From the NCBI GenBank assembly GCA_964440495.1, contig CAYTSD010000001.1:3104-67103 (forward strand): a DNA stretch of 64,000 nt, written 5' to 3'. The notes beneath the pieces were generated by a model. The model was not told the DNA's origin. It did no database searches and saw only the letters and a program-made list of their open reading frames with translations. Made by a program: the position numbers and the translations under genes. This document shows positions 38,491-47,939 of this stretch, one piece after another (position 1 is the stretch's first letter; every line of letters starts with the position of its first letter). Source of the stretch: an uncultured Nitrososphaeria archaeon (GTDB lineage Archaea; Thermoproteota; Nitrososphaeria_A; Caldarchaeales; Wolframiiraptoraceae).

Positions 38491-39464
38491 ACAATGTATG
38501 CGACGGTGAGCGCCGCCGCCAATGCTGTGAGGAGAGGTATCGGGAGCCCAGGTAGAAGCCTCCTCTTCCTGAGTAGGGCGAGTACTAGGGTGTAGCCTAT
38601 GAAGAGCATTATCGTCGCAGCTATCGCTGAAGCCGCTCCAAGGTTCCAGAGTATCGCTGAGAGGGTGAGCGAGTAGAAGAATAGGTCTCCAAGCCCCAGC
38701 ATCACGTCTCCGACCTCGACCGCCAGCCCACGAAGCTGGGGAGCATCCTCCCTGCTGAGAGTTGAGAGATGTCCCCGGAAGACCGCGACCACATCGTAGA
38801 CCGAGATCCCCGCAACAAGTATCAGGAAAGTCCAGTAAGGTATGCTTATCCCTATCACTCCCCCAGAGCCTGAAGCTATGAACGCCGCGGCCGAGGCGGC
38901 TCCAAGCCCCCCACCCCTAACCAGGAGGAAGGTTACAATGGTTGCGACCCCGATTCCTATGGGAAGCCAGAGCGCGGCGATGAGAGGCTGAGTGACCACC
39001 GCGGCCGTGACCAGATAGAGAACCGTTATGCTGAGGGAGACAAGCCATATCATCACCGTTATCAAGGCCTTAAAGAGCCCAGGCCTCCTCCTGGCCAAGT
39101 ATATCAGAACCACGCCGGCCACAGCGATTATTGAGATGAAGATCAGGGTGTTTAGGTAGGGTGCCGGGGAGGCCAGGGCCTCGGCTGGAGGCGTCGACGG
39201 CTTAGGCTCCTCTATAGGGGTCACCACAGGCCTCTCAGGATGGATGTCGGAGGCTCCTAGAAGGTAGGTGAAGACCCATGTTAAGGCTAGGGCCAAGGAG
39301 ACTGGATAATAGTTGCTGAGGACGCTGAGCCTAACCTTCCTCAATTCCTTGGAGGAAGCCGGGTTGCTCCTCGCCTTAAAGATGACTTTAAGACCGACCA
39401 CGTCTCTGAGAATCGCTTGAGGATGCCTTGAAGTATCGGCTGATGGATCTGCTTGCCTGCCCAA
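38487..39464 (-). CDS. Presenilin/signal-peptide-peptidase-like intramembrane aspartyl protease (DUF1119-type)
   Basis: Polytopic, with a YD motif in one TM (ISVYDVVAVF) and GLGD in the next (MLGLGDLFFY). Confidence 0.55.
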   Translation of the reverse strand: MGRQADPSADTSRHPQAILRDVVGLKVIFKARSNPASSKELRKVRLSVLSNYYPVSLALALTWVFTYLLGASDIHPERPVVTPIEEPKPSTPPAEALASPAPYLNTLIFISIIAVAGVVLIYLARRRPGLFKALITVMIWLVSLSITVLYLVTAAVVTQPLIAALWLPIGIGVATIVTFLLVRGGGLGAASAAAFIASGSGGVIGISIPYWTFLILVAGISVYDVVAVFRGHLSTLSREDAPQLRGLAVEVGDVMLGLGDLFFYSLTLSAILWNLGAASAIAATIMLFIGYTLVLALLRKRRLLPGLPIPLLTALAAALTVAYIV

Positions 39465-39817
39465 TATGTAAGGCCTTCCCCTTAGAGCTCTATGTCTTCA
39501 ACCTCCGAGAGGTCAATCCGCCTGAGAGGGTTAAGCCCTGCGAGCTCTACTGCGCCTACCACGGCTCGATGCTAAAAGAGCTAGGAGAGGAGCCTCGATG
39601 CAGAGAGTGTTATGGCAAGGAGATAGTTGACGGCCTCCTACTCTGCCCAAACTGTGGGAGATGGTATCCGATAGAGGAGGAGATTCCGAGGCTTCTACCC
39701 GACGAGCTCAGGGAGAGAAACCAGGACCTCAAGTTCCTCTCAAGATGGAGGGCCAAGGCTCCGCGGAGGGTCCTAGAGAGCGGGAAACCCTTCAACCTCA
39801 GGGAGTCTAATCCCTAG
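39428..39817 (+). CDS. Trm112-family methyltransferase activator (long, Zn-ribbon form)
   Basis: N-terminal LLACPICK and C-terminal CPNCGRWYPIEEEIP match the split Trm112 motif, with a central insertion. Confidence 0.65.
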   Translation: MKYRLMDLLACPICKAFPLELYVFNLREVNPPERVKPCELYCAYHGSMLKELGEEPRCRECYGKEIVDGLLLCPNCGRWYPIEEEIPRLLPDELRERNQDLKFLSRWRAKAPRRVLESGKPFNLRESNP

Positions 39818-39882
39818 AAGAGGAGAAGGTTTTTTAAGGGTGAATACCGCTACCCCATTTGCGTATAAGGGGTGAAACATGA

Positions 39883-40191
39883 ATGAGCGTTGGTCCATCT
39901 GGTGAGGCCGTTATTCTCGTGGGGAGAAAGCCTACAATGAACTATGTGCTGGCCACCACCTTACCCTTAACAGAGGGTAAGAAGGTGGTTTTAAAGGCTC
40001 GTGGGAGAGCTATCAGCAAGGCGGTCGACGTGGTCGAGGTCGTCCGGAGAAGGTTTGTCAAGGACGCGAAGATCGAGAACGTGAATATTGGAACCGAGGA
40101 GGGCAGAGTAGGTAACGACGGTAGGCCGAGGAACGTCAGCACAATCGAGATAACGCTTGCCCCACCTTCAGGTGGAGGCAAGAAGAAGTAG
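39883..40191 (+). CDS. albA: Alba chromatin/RNA-binding protein
   Basis: NYVLA..L..G....LKARGRAISKAVDVVE.VRRRF motif. Length is 102 aa. Confidence 0.9.
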   Translation: MSVGPSGEAVILVGRKPTMNYVLATTLPLTEGKKVVLKARGRAISKAVDVVEVVRRRFVKDAKIENVNIGTEEGRVGNDGRPRNVSTIEITLAPPSGGGKKK

Positions 40192-40272
40192 ACGGCTAAC
40201 CCCCCTCCCTCTTCTTATTTCTACCTCCAGCTACGGGTAGGTGTTTATATTGCTCACACTCACCTGTTAGGC

Positions 40273-41139
40273 TTGGGAACCTTGTTTAGAGAGGTTGACG
40301 AGGAGTTTGTTAGGGGGGCTTTTAAGCCTAGGAGGGCGGGCTCCCATAAAGGTGAGAACGGCTCAGTCCTCGTGGTCGGCGGAAGCTGGCTCTACCACGG
40401 CGCACCATTCCTCTCAGCCATGGCAGCCCTCCGAAGCGGGGTAGACCTCGCCTATATAGCGGCTCCAGAGAAGATAGCCACGGCAATCCGAGCCCTCTCA
40501 CCCAACCTAATAGTCCTCCCGCTCACAGACCTCAAACTAACCCCTGGAGCAGTCCGAAGGATAAAGAAGATACTTCCAAGGGTTGACGTGCTCGTGGTAG
40601 GCCCCGGCCTTGCCTCTGGAAGCGAGCCTGGGATAGAGACCGTGATTAGGGAGGCTGAGGATAAGGCCCTAGTCTTAGATGCGACGGCGCTCTATCCCGA
40701 GGTTGTCCCAGCGGTCTCGGGTAGGAAGGCGGTTCTCACACCCCATGCAGGGGAGTTCCAGAGGGTTTTCGGGGCCAAGGTTCCCGAAGGGCTTGAGGAG
40801 AGGGTGGAACTGGTTAAGGAGTATGCCCGTAAAGCAGGGGTTACAATCCTCCTGAAGGGTAGGCTGGACATAATCTCCGACGGCGTCGACGCAGCCGTCA
40901 ACAGGACTGGAACCCCTGCAATGACGGTTGGAGGGACAGGCGACGTGCTTACAGGCGTCGTGGCAGCGCTCCTAGCCAAGGGAGCCGACCCCTTTAGAGC
41001 GGCGGCCGCAGCTGCGTGGATAAATGGTCGGGCTGGTGAGAGGGCTGCCTCAAGGCTCGGCCTCCATATCCTCGCAACCGACGTAATAGACTCCCTTCCA
41101 GAGGTTATGCGGAGATTCGATGAGGTCGCAGAGGACTAG
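40273..41139 (+). CDS. ADP-dependent NAD(P)H-hydrate dehydratase (YjeF C-terminal domain)
   Basis: Ribokinase-like fold with VGPGL, LTPHAGEF and C-terminal GGTGDVLTGVVAALLAKG motifs. Confidence 0.8.
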   Translation: MGTLFREVDEEFVRGAFKPRRAGSHKGENGSVLVVGGSWLYHGAPFLSAMAALRSGVDLAYIAAPEKIATAIRALSPNLIVLPLTDLKLTPGAVRRIKKILPRVDVLVVGPGLASGSEPGIETVIREAEDKALVLDATALYPEVVPAVSGRKAVLTPHAGEFQRVFGAKVPEGLEERVELVKEYARKAGVTILLKGRLDIISDGVDAAVNRTGTPAMTVGGTGDVLTGVVAALLAKGADPFRAAAAAAWINGRAGERAASRLGLHILATDVIDSLPEVMRRFDEVAED

Positions 41140-41181
41140 GGAGAAAGCGTGAAGCTAATACTTTAAGCCCTCTAAAGCTTC

Positions 41182-41919
41182 TTGGGTCACGCGATGTTGA
41201 CGTCTAGCCTGCTCGACTTTTCAAGGATAGGCGTTATCTCTGCAACCATGCTCTATGCCTCCTACAGGGACTGGGTTGACCGTGAGGTTGATGACTGGGT
41301 TTGGCTGGTTGGAGGAGGGGTTGGAGCCGCCCTAACCGCCCTAGACCTCATCCTTTACTGGAATATGGCCAAGCTCATCTTCTCCCTAATCTCGATAGCC
41401 CTCACATCAGGCTTAGCCTTCGCCTTCTACTTCTTCGGACTCTACGGAGGCGCAGACGCGAAAGCCGTGGCAGTTATCTCCATCTCCCTCCCACTCTACT
41501 ATGTTGAGAGAAGCTTCCACCCCTTCACAGGACTCGCATCCCTCTCAAACGGGCTACTAGTCTCACTAATCCTCCCAATCTCCATGCTGGTCTACAACCT
41601 AACCCAGGTCATGAAGGGTAGAGAGCTCTTTAAAGACTTTGAGCATGAGGGGGCCTGGAGGAAGCTTCTAGCACTATTCCTCGGGACGAGGGTTGTAAAC
41701 TCCCGTGGAAAGGAGTTCTGGTTCTCGATGGAGGAGGAGAGAGAGGGAAAACGATACTTCAGCTTCAACGTTCTCTCAGTCGAGCTTGAGAAGATTAGAG
41801 ACGACATGTGGGCGACCCCTGGAATCCCTCTCCTAATCTTCATAACGGTAGGCTTCCTACTCTACATAACCTACGGCGACCTAATCTACCTAATCGTCTC
41901 CCTCCTTCATCTAAGGTAA
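41182..41919 (+). CDS. A24-family prepilin/preflagellin peptidase-like membrane protein
   Basis: Polytopic, with a GGADAK motif matching the conserved GGGDVK of type IV prepilin peptidases (FlaK/PibD). Confidence 0.5.
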   Translation: MGHAMLTSSLLDFSRIGVISATMLYASYRDWVDREVDDWVWLVGGGVGAALTALDLILYWNMAKLIFSLISIALTSGLAFAFYFFGLYGGADAKAVAVISISLPLYYVERSFHPFTGLASLSNGLLVSLILPISMLVYNLTQVMKGRELFKDFEHEGAWRKLLALFLGTRVVNSRGKEFWFSMEEEREGKRYFSFNVLSVELEKIRDDMWATPGIPLLIFITVGFLLYITYGDLIYLIVSLLHLR

Positions 41920-42004
41920 CTCCATCATAGTCTCCAAGTATCTCTCGGGAGAACCTCCCGAAAACTATGCCAGCTAAACTTTATGGAGATAGATTACAGC
42001 CTAG

Positions 42005-42805
42005 TTGATGGGGATGAGGATACAGAGGCTTAGGACGGGGGTCAAGGGGATAGATGACATAATAGAGGGAGGGATACCTGAGGGATTCTTCGTCGCGGTA
42101 ACAGGTGAACCAGGATGCGGGAAAACAATCTTCTCAATACACTTCATCAACCAGGGAATCATAGATGGAGACAAATCCATATACGTTACAACGGAGGAGA
42201 GCAAGGAGTCGATAATACGTCAGGCGGCTCAATTCAACATGGACTTCGAGAAGGCTATCGATGAGAAGAAGCTAATCCTAATAGACGCCCTCATGGGTAG
42301 GGCTGACAAATGGTCTCTGCAAAGCCTCGACATGGAGGCTCTCGTGAACAAGGTTGTTGAAGCCAAGAGGGAGCTTGGATACGGGAGGGCGAGGGTTGCG
42401 ATAGATTCAATCTCAGCCTTCTGGCTCGATAAACCCGCCATGGCCCGCCGATACTCCTACTATGTCAAGAAGGTTCTCTCAAAATGGAACTTCACAACAC
42501 TTGCTGTAAGCCAATACGCTATAACGACCTCGGAGGCCTTCGGATGGGGGATAGAGCATATCGCCGACGGAATACTCAGGTTTAGGAGGGTGCTGAGGGG
42601 AGGGGAGCTGAAACGCTACATAATAGTTGAGAAGATGCGTCAAACAAATCACAGCCGCTACCTCCATGAAATCGACATAAGGCCGGGGGTGGGTCTCGTC
42701 GTAGTAGGCCCTGTTAGGAGAAGGGTTGAGGACTTCACTCTCCCCTCAGAGGTTACTAGAAAGATTCTCGAAGCCAAGCGAAAGACTGGAGAGGAGCTGC
42801 CTTGA
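42005..42805 (+). CDS. KaiC-like RecA-superfamily ATPase (single domain)
   Basis: GIDDIIEGGIP.G..V.VTGEPGCGKT Walker A and a KaiC/RadA-like core of about 250 aa. A probable start is MRIQRL. Confidence 0.8.
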   Translation: MMGMRIQRLRTGVKGIDDIIEGGIPEGFFVAVTGEPGCGKTIFSIHFINQGIIDGDKSIYVTTEESKESIIRQAAQFNMDFEKAIDEKKLILIDALMGRADKWSLQSLDMEALVNKVVEAKRELGYGRARVAIDSISAFWLDKPAMARRYSYYVKKVLSKWNFTTLAVSQYAITTSEAFGWGIEHIADGILRFRRVLRGGELKRYIIVEKMRQTNHSRYLHEIDIRPGVGLVVVGPVRRRVEDFTLPSEVTRKILEAKRKTGEELP

Positions 42806-43671
42806 ACCTCGTCCAGAAACATTACAGTAGAATCGACGTAAAGGAGGAGATAGCTGAATACTGTAAAGGGAGATGGGTTGCCATCCACTGCGAGCTAAAG
42901 GATGAGAAGGGCGTTCCAATCATGCTTAGATACAGTCCATCCACCCGCCTTCCCCTAACAATAGACTCTCCAACCGACATAGACAAACTACTCAGAGAAC
43001 TGAGAAGATTTCGTCCACGTTCATTCTACGCAACGGCACACACTTATAGAAATCTAAGAATCAGGGAAGACACACTCGACCGAGCGAACATAACCTCCTC
43101 CATGCCTACATGGGACATAGACTCAAAGGATGGAGACTGGAGAAAAGTCATAGAAAAAGCACGTGAAATAGTAGGCATCCTAGAAGACTACAGTCTTTCA
43201 AAATCTGTTTTCATAAAGTGGAGTGGGAGGGGAGCACACATCCACATAAATCCTGAAGCATTCTCAGAGGAGGTTAGAGGGAAGATCGACCCACTCGACA
43301 TGGCCTATTCTGTTACACAGTTCGTAATCAATAGGTTGTCGCCTGTGGAGGGGGTTGTCGTGGAGAATAAGATAGACCTTCAAAGAGTCTTTACGGCTCC
43401 GCTGAGCCTCCATAGATTCCTAGACAGGGTTGCGGTCTGCCTTACACCCGAAGAGCTGGACAGCTTCGAGATAGAGTGGACCTCTCCTGGAGATTTCAGG
43501 CATAATCCAAGGGCATGGAGACGGTATATGCGGGGAGAGGGTGATGAGCTTGCTGAGAAAGCCTTCTTCGCGGTAGGCCCCTATATCTCTGGGAGGAGGC
43601 GGCGTAGAGTTCATAAGCCTCTCGACCAGCAGATAAATGAAACTTTTAAGAGGCTGGGCGAAGTTCCATAG
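42802..43671 (+). CDS. priS: DNA primase small (catalytic) subunit PriS, compact form without a Zn-knuckle
   Basis: AEP motifs: I WDIDSKD, II KWSGRGAHIHI, III IDLQRVFTAPLSLH. The start overlaps the KaiC-like stop (ATGA). Confidence 0.7.
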   Translation: MNLVQKHYSRIDVKEEIAEYCKGRWVAIHCELKDEKGVPIMLRYSPSTRLPLTIDSPTDIDKLLRELRRFRPRSFYATAHTYRNLRIREDTLDRANITSSMPTWDIDSKDGDWRKVIEKAREIVGILEDYSLSKSVFIKWSGRGAHIHINPEAFSEEVRGKIDPLDMAYSVTQFVINRLSPVEGVVVENKIDLQRVFTAPLSLHRFLDRVAVCLTPEELDSFEIEWTSPGDFRHNPRAWRRYMRGEGDELAEKAFFAVGPYISGRRRRRVHKPLDQQINETFKRLGEVP

Positions 43672-43682
43672 CTTCCAGATGA

Positions 43683-44594
43683 GTGAGGATGCAGTTTTTC
43701 CTCCCACTAATACTTGCAGCCACATTAACTCTCCTATTTAGCTGGAACAATGGCTCCCTATATCTAGGCGGTTTAACGGCTTCAGGAATCACCGTGTATA
43801 GAAAGGCAGCCTTCCTAATCTCTATCGCGATGGTTCTCGGAGTTTTAGCTGAGGGATGGAAGATGAATCCAGGGAAACTCGCGGCTGGAAACTATTTCCC
43901 CGCGCTCGTAACGGCCCTAACAATATTCTTGGTCTCAAATGTTCTGAACGTTCCTACAAGTCTCTCAAACGTGGTTGTTGCATCTCTTGTAGGCTCCTCC
44001 CTCACTTTGAACCATGGTCTCAGCATCCTCTTCCTAGTGAAGGTTATTCTAGCATGGATTCTATCACCCTTCGCAGCCATGTTCCTATACCACCTAATCT
44101 ACACTCTCTCAAAATCAATTCTATCGAGGGTTGGACTTCTCACAATAGATTTGGTGAACCGTTTATCCGCCTATCTTGTCTCCTTCTATTCAGCATACTC
44201 TCTCGCGGCAAATAATGTTGGCTTCCTACTCAACATGACTGGAGAAGCGGGAGTTTATTCGACCCTGATAATCTCTGCGGCGGCTTTTTCAGGAGTTTTC
44301 TTCCTTACACGTAGGTCGGCTTTTGTTATGGGTGAGAGACTCGTGGTTCTAAGTCCTCAGAGATTCTTCACAAGCCTGCTATCAGCCTCGATAATCCTCT
44401 GGATACTAACCCAGCTCGGCATCCCAGGCTCCTTCACTCAGACATTTCTGGGAGGTATGGTGGGCGCAGTCGCCTCGTCTCCGCTGGCTATGATAAACTC
44501 TAGACTTGTGAAGAGATTCGTCATAGCATGGGTTGCCACGACGCTGGCAAGCGTTCCAGCTGGATACGGCCTTACACTGCTCCTAGGCGTTTAA
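43683..44594 (+). CDS. Polytopic membrane transporter-like protein (possibly divergent PiT family)
   Basis: About 8 TM helices with weakly GANDVAN-like segments (NNGSLY, ANNVGF). The assignment is tentative. Confidence 0.3.
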   Translation: MRMQFFLPLILAATLTLLFSWNNGSLYLGGLTASGITVYRKAAFLISIAMVLGVLAEGWKMNPGKLAAGNYFPALVTALTIFLVSNVLNVPTSLSNVVVASLVGSSLTLNHGLSILFLVKVILAWILSPFAAMFLYHLIYTLSKSILSRVGLLTIDLVNRLSAYLVSFYSAYSLAANNVGFLLNMTGEAGVYSTLIISAAAFSGVFFLTRRSAFVMGERLVVLSPQRFFTSLLSASIILWILTQLGIPGSFTQTFLGGMVGAVASSPLAMINSRLVKRFVIAWVATTLASVPAGYGLTLLLGV

Positions 44595-45834
44595 GCTCCT
44601 CTTCAAGTCCCCTGACACCAGACTCTTCAAAGACTCCTGCAAGATAGCCTGACGCGGCGGCTGCATGGAAGGCTTCAACCTCACCTGCAAGGAATACGAG
44701 CGTGGAGGCGATGAGGGCTTGCTTCCCTTTCTCGCTGAGCGGCCTATTCACCCAGCTAACCTTACATCCCCTTCCATCGGAAACGAGGTCGAGTTCTCCG
44801 AAAACGTAGAGGGTTTCCCCAGCCTCCTCCGCAGCCTTCTTCATCCACTTACATGTGTCATAGACCTTCTCCTCGAATCGGATTCCCAGCTCTTCAGCAT
44901 CGCTTGAATCAAGCAGGGATAATGATGCATTCTTAGATAATCCTCTCGAAACAGTTGCAGCGGCATCCACGGAATCCCTAGAAGCTTTACCTATGTAAAC
45001 TACTCCTCCACCGATTTCCCCTATATCCGAAGAGTATTCCGCTCCAAATATCTCAAGAATCTCGGAAAGCGTTCCAACATCCTCTAGAAGGACTATCTTC
45101 CTCAATGGTTTGGAGAGGTTTTTCAAGGCTCTCCTAGCGTCGCCTGGCCCCATAAGCATCTCTGCCTCAGGAGGTATCCCTATGGGCGCAACTATGACTT
45201 CTCCACAGTAATCTCTCGCAGCCGGGATCCCTATCTTAGGTCTATGGAAGGTTACTGTAACGTTTGCTTCAACCGCTATGTCGTGGACATCTCCAGTATC
45301 TGGGTCTACTCCTGAGGGGATGTCGACCGCCACTCTAACCCCGCGCGCCGAGTTTATCATGGTTATCGCGGTTCTCCAAGGCTCTCTAACGCTTCCCCTA
45401 ATACCTGTCCCGAAGATTGCGTCGACTATGGCCTCGGCTTCCTCAACCTCTCCACGAAGTCTCTCAAGCTCTCCAACATCCCTAACATTCACCAATTTTA
45501 TTGTCTCACGCATCCTCTTCACGGTGTTTAGATTTCTTCTAGCATGCTCTGTTCTAATCTTCTCCGGGCTACCTATCAGGATCACCGTGACTTCTGCGCC
45601 CATCGAGGCCATATGCCGTGCAGCCACCATCCCGTCTCCTCCGTTGTTTCCCGTTCCACAGAAGACTACTACCTTTCTGCCTGCGAGTCCTCCTAGCCAT
45701 TCGTAGACCGCTCTTGCGACCGATGCTCCAGCATTCTCCATTAGGCTGCTTCTAGGGACGCCTAGCCACTCAGCGTTCTCGTCGACGACCCTCATCTCAT
45801 CGGAGGATATTCCTCCCCAGCTCTCTATACTCAT
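44572..45834 (-). CDS. NAD(P)H-hydrate epimerase (YjeF N-terminal domain) fused to a divergent YjeF_C-like domain
   Basis: N-terminal FCGTGNNGGDG motif. The C-terminal roughly 190 aa align loosely to the second half of YjeF_C but carry SEKGKQ in place of GTGD. Confidence 0.7.
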   Translation of the reverse strand: MSIESWGGISSDEMRVVDENAEWLGVPRSSLMENAGASVARAVYEWLGGLAGRKVVVFCGTGNNGGDGMVAARHMASMGAEVTVILIGSPEKIRTEHARRNLNTVKRMRETIKLVNVRDVGELERLRGEVEEAEAIVDAIFGTGIRGSVREPWRTAITMINSARGVRVAVDIPSGVDPDTGDVHDIAVEANVTVTFHRPKIGIPAARDYCGEVIVAPIGIPPEAEMLMGPGDARRALKNLSKPLRKIVLLEDVGTLSEILEIFGAEYSSDIGEIGGGVVYIGKASRDSVDAAATVSRGLSKNASLSLLDSSDAEELGIRFEEKVYDTCKWMKKAAEEAGETLYVFGELDLVSDGRGCKVSWVNRPLSEKGKQALIASTLVFLAGEVEAFHAAAASGYLAGVFEESGVRGLEEELKRLGAV

Positions 45835-45871
45835 GTCAAAGATAGAATTGTTTAGGGGATTGTTTAAACAT

Positions 45872-46501
45872 TTACAGGACTCCGAGATACTGGATTACCT
45901 TGTCGCATGCCTCTTCCACCAAGTTTTTGGGGACACCCTTTACCCCGCATCCAACTATCAGCGCCCTCTTAGTGGAGGAGGTAATCTTTGTGCGATAGGA
46001 GTCCCTGTGGGGGAATATGTGGACAACGCCAAGGCCGTCGACCAGGACTATCTCGTTTGAGGAGAGCTTAGACCTCTTCCCCCTAATATCCATGAATTCC
46101 TCACCTTCATGAGCGAATCTAAGGGTTAATGTTCCTGAGATTTTGTCTAGGTCGTAGATTCCTATGGGGATGAGTGTCTCCGCTGAGGCGAGGTTGCCTG
46201 CGTCGACGAGGTTGTTTATCGCAGGTATCCCTGAGCCTGAGAGTATCCTCCTAGCCAACGCCTCACCCGCAGGCCTCTGCTTCGTCGGGTCTATCCCTAT
46301 CCTCCAGTAGAAGTCTCGGAACGCTCTCGCAACAGGCTCATCCTTCAAAGTCTCAAGCCTGTAAGGCATCCTCTCCCTAAGCTTCTCCAACTCCTCGGCG
46401 AGGTTCCTCGAAGCCCTGACCTCGACCTCTATCTCCCTCGTCGAGAGATAAATCTCTGGAAACCTCTTCAATAAACTCTCATCTATCACTATCGTCGTCA
46501 A
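45872..46501 (-). CDS. Stand-alone B3/B4 tRNA-binding domain protein
   Basis: PAGEALARR..IPAINNLVDAGNLAS...PIGIYDLD pattern of the B3_4 domain of PheT-like proteins. Confidence 0.6.
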   Translation of the reverse strand: MTTIVIDESLLKRFPEIYLSTREIEVEVRASRNLAEELEKLRERMPYRLETLKDEPVARAFRDFYWRIGIDPTKQRPAGEALARRILSGSGIPAINNLVDAGNLASAETLIPIGIYDLDKISGTLTLRFAHEGEEFMDIRGKRSKLSSNEIVLVDGLGVVHIFPHRDSYRTKITSSTKRALIVGCGVKGVPKNLVEEACDKVIQYLGVL

Positions 46502-46522
46502 GGCCTTTCACGTCTTCTGGTT

Positions 46523-47206
46523 CTAGTAGGTTGGTGGAGGCGGAGGCGGATATTGAGGTGCTCCCTGATACTGTGGAGGCTGATACGCCTCCTCTGAAGG
46601 TATCGAGAAGAAGGCTATCGCCGAGAATATCGATGCAAGGATTCCGAATATCACAGCTATGAGTAGAGGCCACAACGCCGTCATCAGCATTCCGAAGATG
46701 TTTGGACCCGGAGCCCCATACGCAGGCGCGCTGAGTAGTCCCGGAGCTATGGCGAACACAGCTATCGTCGCTATTACCGCGATGATTACCGCAATTATCC
46801 TCATCCATGCGCCCCACTTGAACCACTTTATGTAGAAGATTCCAGCGGCTCTGAAATGTGAGACGAGTTCAAGTATGAACGTTATCAGAGCTATTATAGC
46901 TATCACCGCGACAACGGCTATAATGAGACCTGCGAATGCGAAGAGACCTGTTAACGCTCTCGGCGGCGGGGCTGCCGCTCCTCCCAGAATCCCCGGCATA
47001 CTCATTGGAACTAGTAGAGCGAGAGCTCCTGAAACAATCATGCTTAGTATCAGTAGGATTCCGGTTGCCTTGAATATTCCCTGCCTTGTGTCGCTGCCCA
47101 TCATTATCCACGCTATGGCCGCCAAGATCGCTCCAATAAAGTTCGCATAAGGTATGAGCATGAGGATGTAGCCTATTCCTCCAAGCCACTTATACGTTCT
47201 GCCCAT
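46523..47206 (-). CDS. Membrane protein with internal duplication and Pro/Gln-rich C-tail (DUF996-like?)
   Basis: Two similar hydrophobic halves and a C-terminal YQPPQYQGAPQYPPPPPPTY. Confidence 0.45.
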   Translation of the reverse strand: MGRTYKWLGGIGYILMLIPYANFIGAILAAIAWIMMGSDTRQGIFKATGILLILSMIVSGALALLVPMSMPGILGGAAAPPPRALTGLFAFAGLIIAVVAVIAIIALITFILELVSHFRAAGIFYIKWFKWGAWMRIIAVIIAVIATIAVFAIAPGLLSAPAYGAPGPNIFGMLMTALWPLLIAVIFGILASIFSAIAFFSIPSEEAYQPPQYQGAPQYPPPPPPTY

Positions 47207-47254
47207 ATCATTTTTTCAGAACCTACTCAGATATAAGGTTTGGATGACTCTCGT

Positions 47255-47908
47255 CTATTTCTTATCCTTTTTCACAAAACTGTTTATCATCCCCTCTAAA
47301 GCTCCTCTGAAACCCCTCTTCTCAGCTAATCTTACAACATCCTCCCAATCTATCTTAAGAAGTATTATTGTTATTAATATCATGGCTATGAGGGCTGCCG
47401 CCACAGCTATCGGGTCTCCGCCCTCACCTAGAAATAGTTTCGCTATGTTGAAGTAGGCTTTCCCACCGTAGGCAACTATCCATGAGAGCACAATCTTTCC
47501 AAGGGCATTCGCTATCATGAATTTCGTTAAACTAAATTTCGTTAACCCTATTGGAACATAGATTACATCGTCTGGAAGTGGTGTCAGGGCGAAGAGGAAG
47601 ATGGCCAGCATACCATATTTCCCTACAAGTCTTCCAAGCACGCTCATCTTCTCTCTATCTCTCTCCGGTAGAAGTTTTCTCCCAACTCTTCCAAGCACGT
47701 AGGAGGTTATCTTACCAACTGCTCCGCCGACTCCGGCAGCGACTCCGAGTAAGAGTGGGTCGAGGCGGTCTGCCATGAGGACTACGGGTATCAGGTAGGG
47801 GACTGGCAAGAAGGGGACGATGCTTCCGAGAACGGAGATTAGGAAGGCTCCGAGATAGCCATAGGCTTGAAGAGCGTTGAAGAGGTTTTGGTAGAAGTTG
47901 TCAGACAT
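47255..47908 (-). CDS. DedA/TVP38-family membrane protein
   Basis: DedA core (GYLGAFLISVLGSIVPFLPVPY...) and a C-terminal basic tail. Confidence 0.8.
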   Translation of the reverse strand: MSDNFYQNLFNALQAYGYLGAFLISVLGSIVPFLPVPYLIPVVLMADRLDPLLLGVAAGVGGAVGKITSYVLGRVGRKLLPERDREKMSVLGRLVGKYGMLAIFLFALTPLPDDVIYVPIGLTKFSLTKFMIANALGKIVLSWIVAYGGKAYFNIAKLFLGEGGDPIAVAAALIAMILITIILLKIDWEDVVRLAEKRGFRGALEGMINSFVKKDKK

Positions 47909-47939
47909 TCCAAGCAGCCCCCTAACTACTAGGATTAAG

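Noticed and set aside
47521-47550. Short tandem duplication aatttcgttaa(act)aaatttcgttaa
   Set aside because: It lies inside the DedA coding sequence and is too short to be a regulatory repeat or CRISPR. It is most likely chance or a small in-frame duplication.
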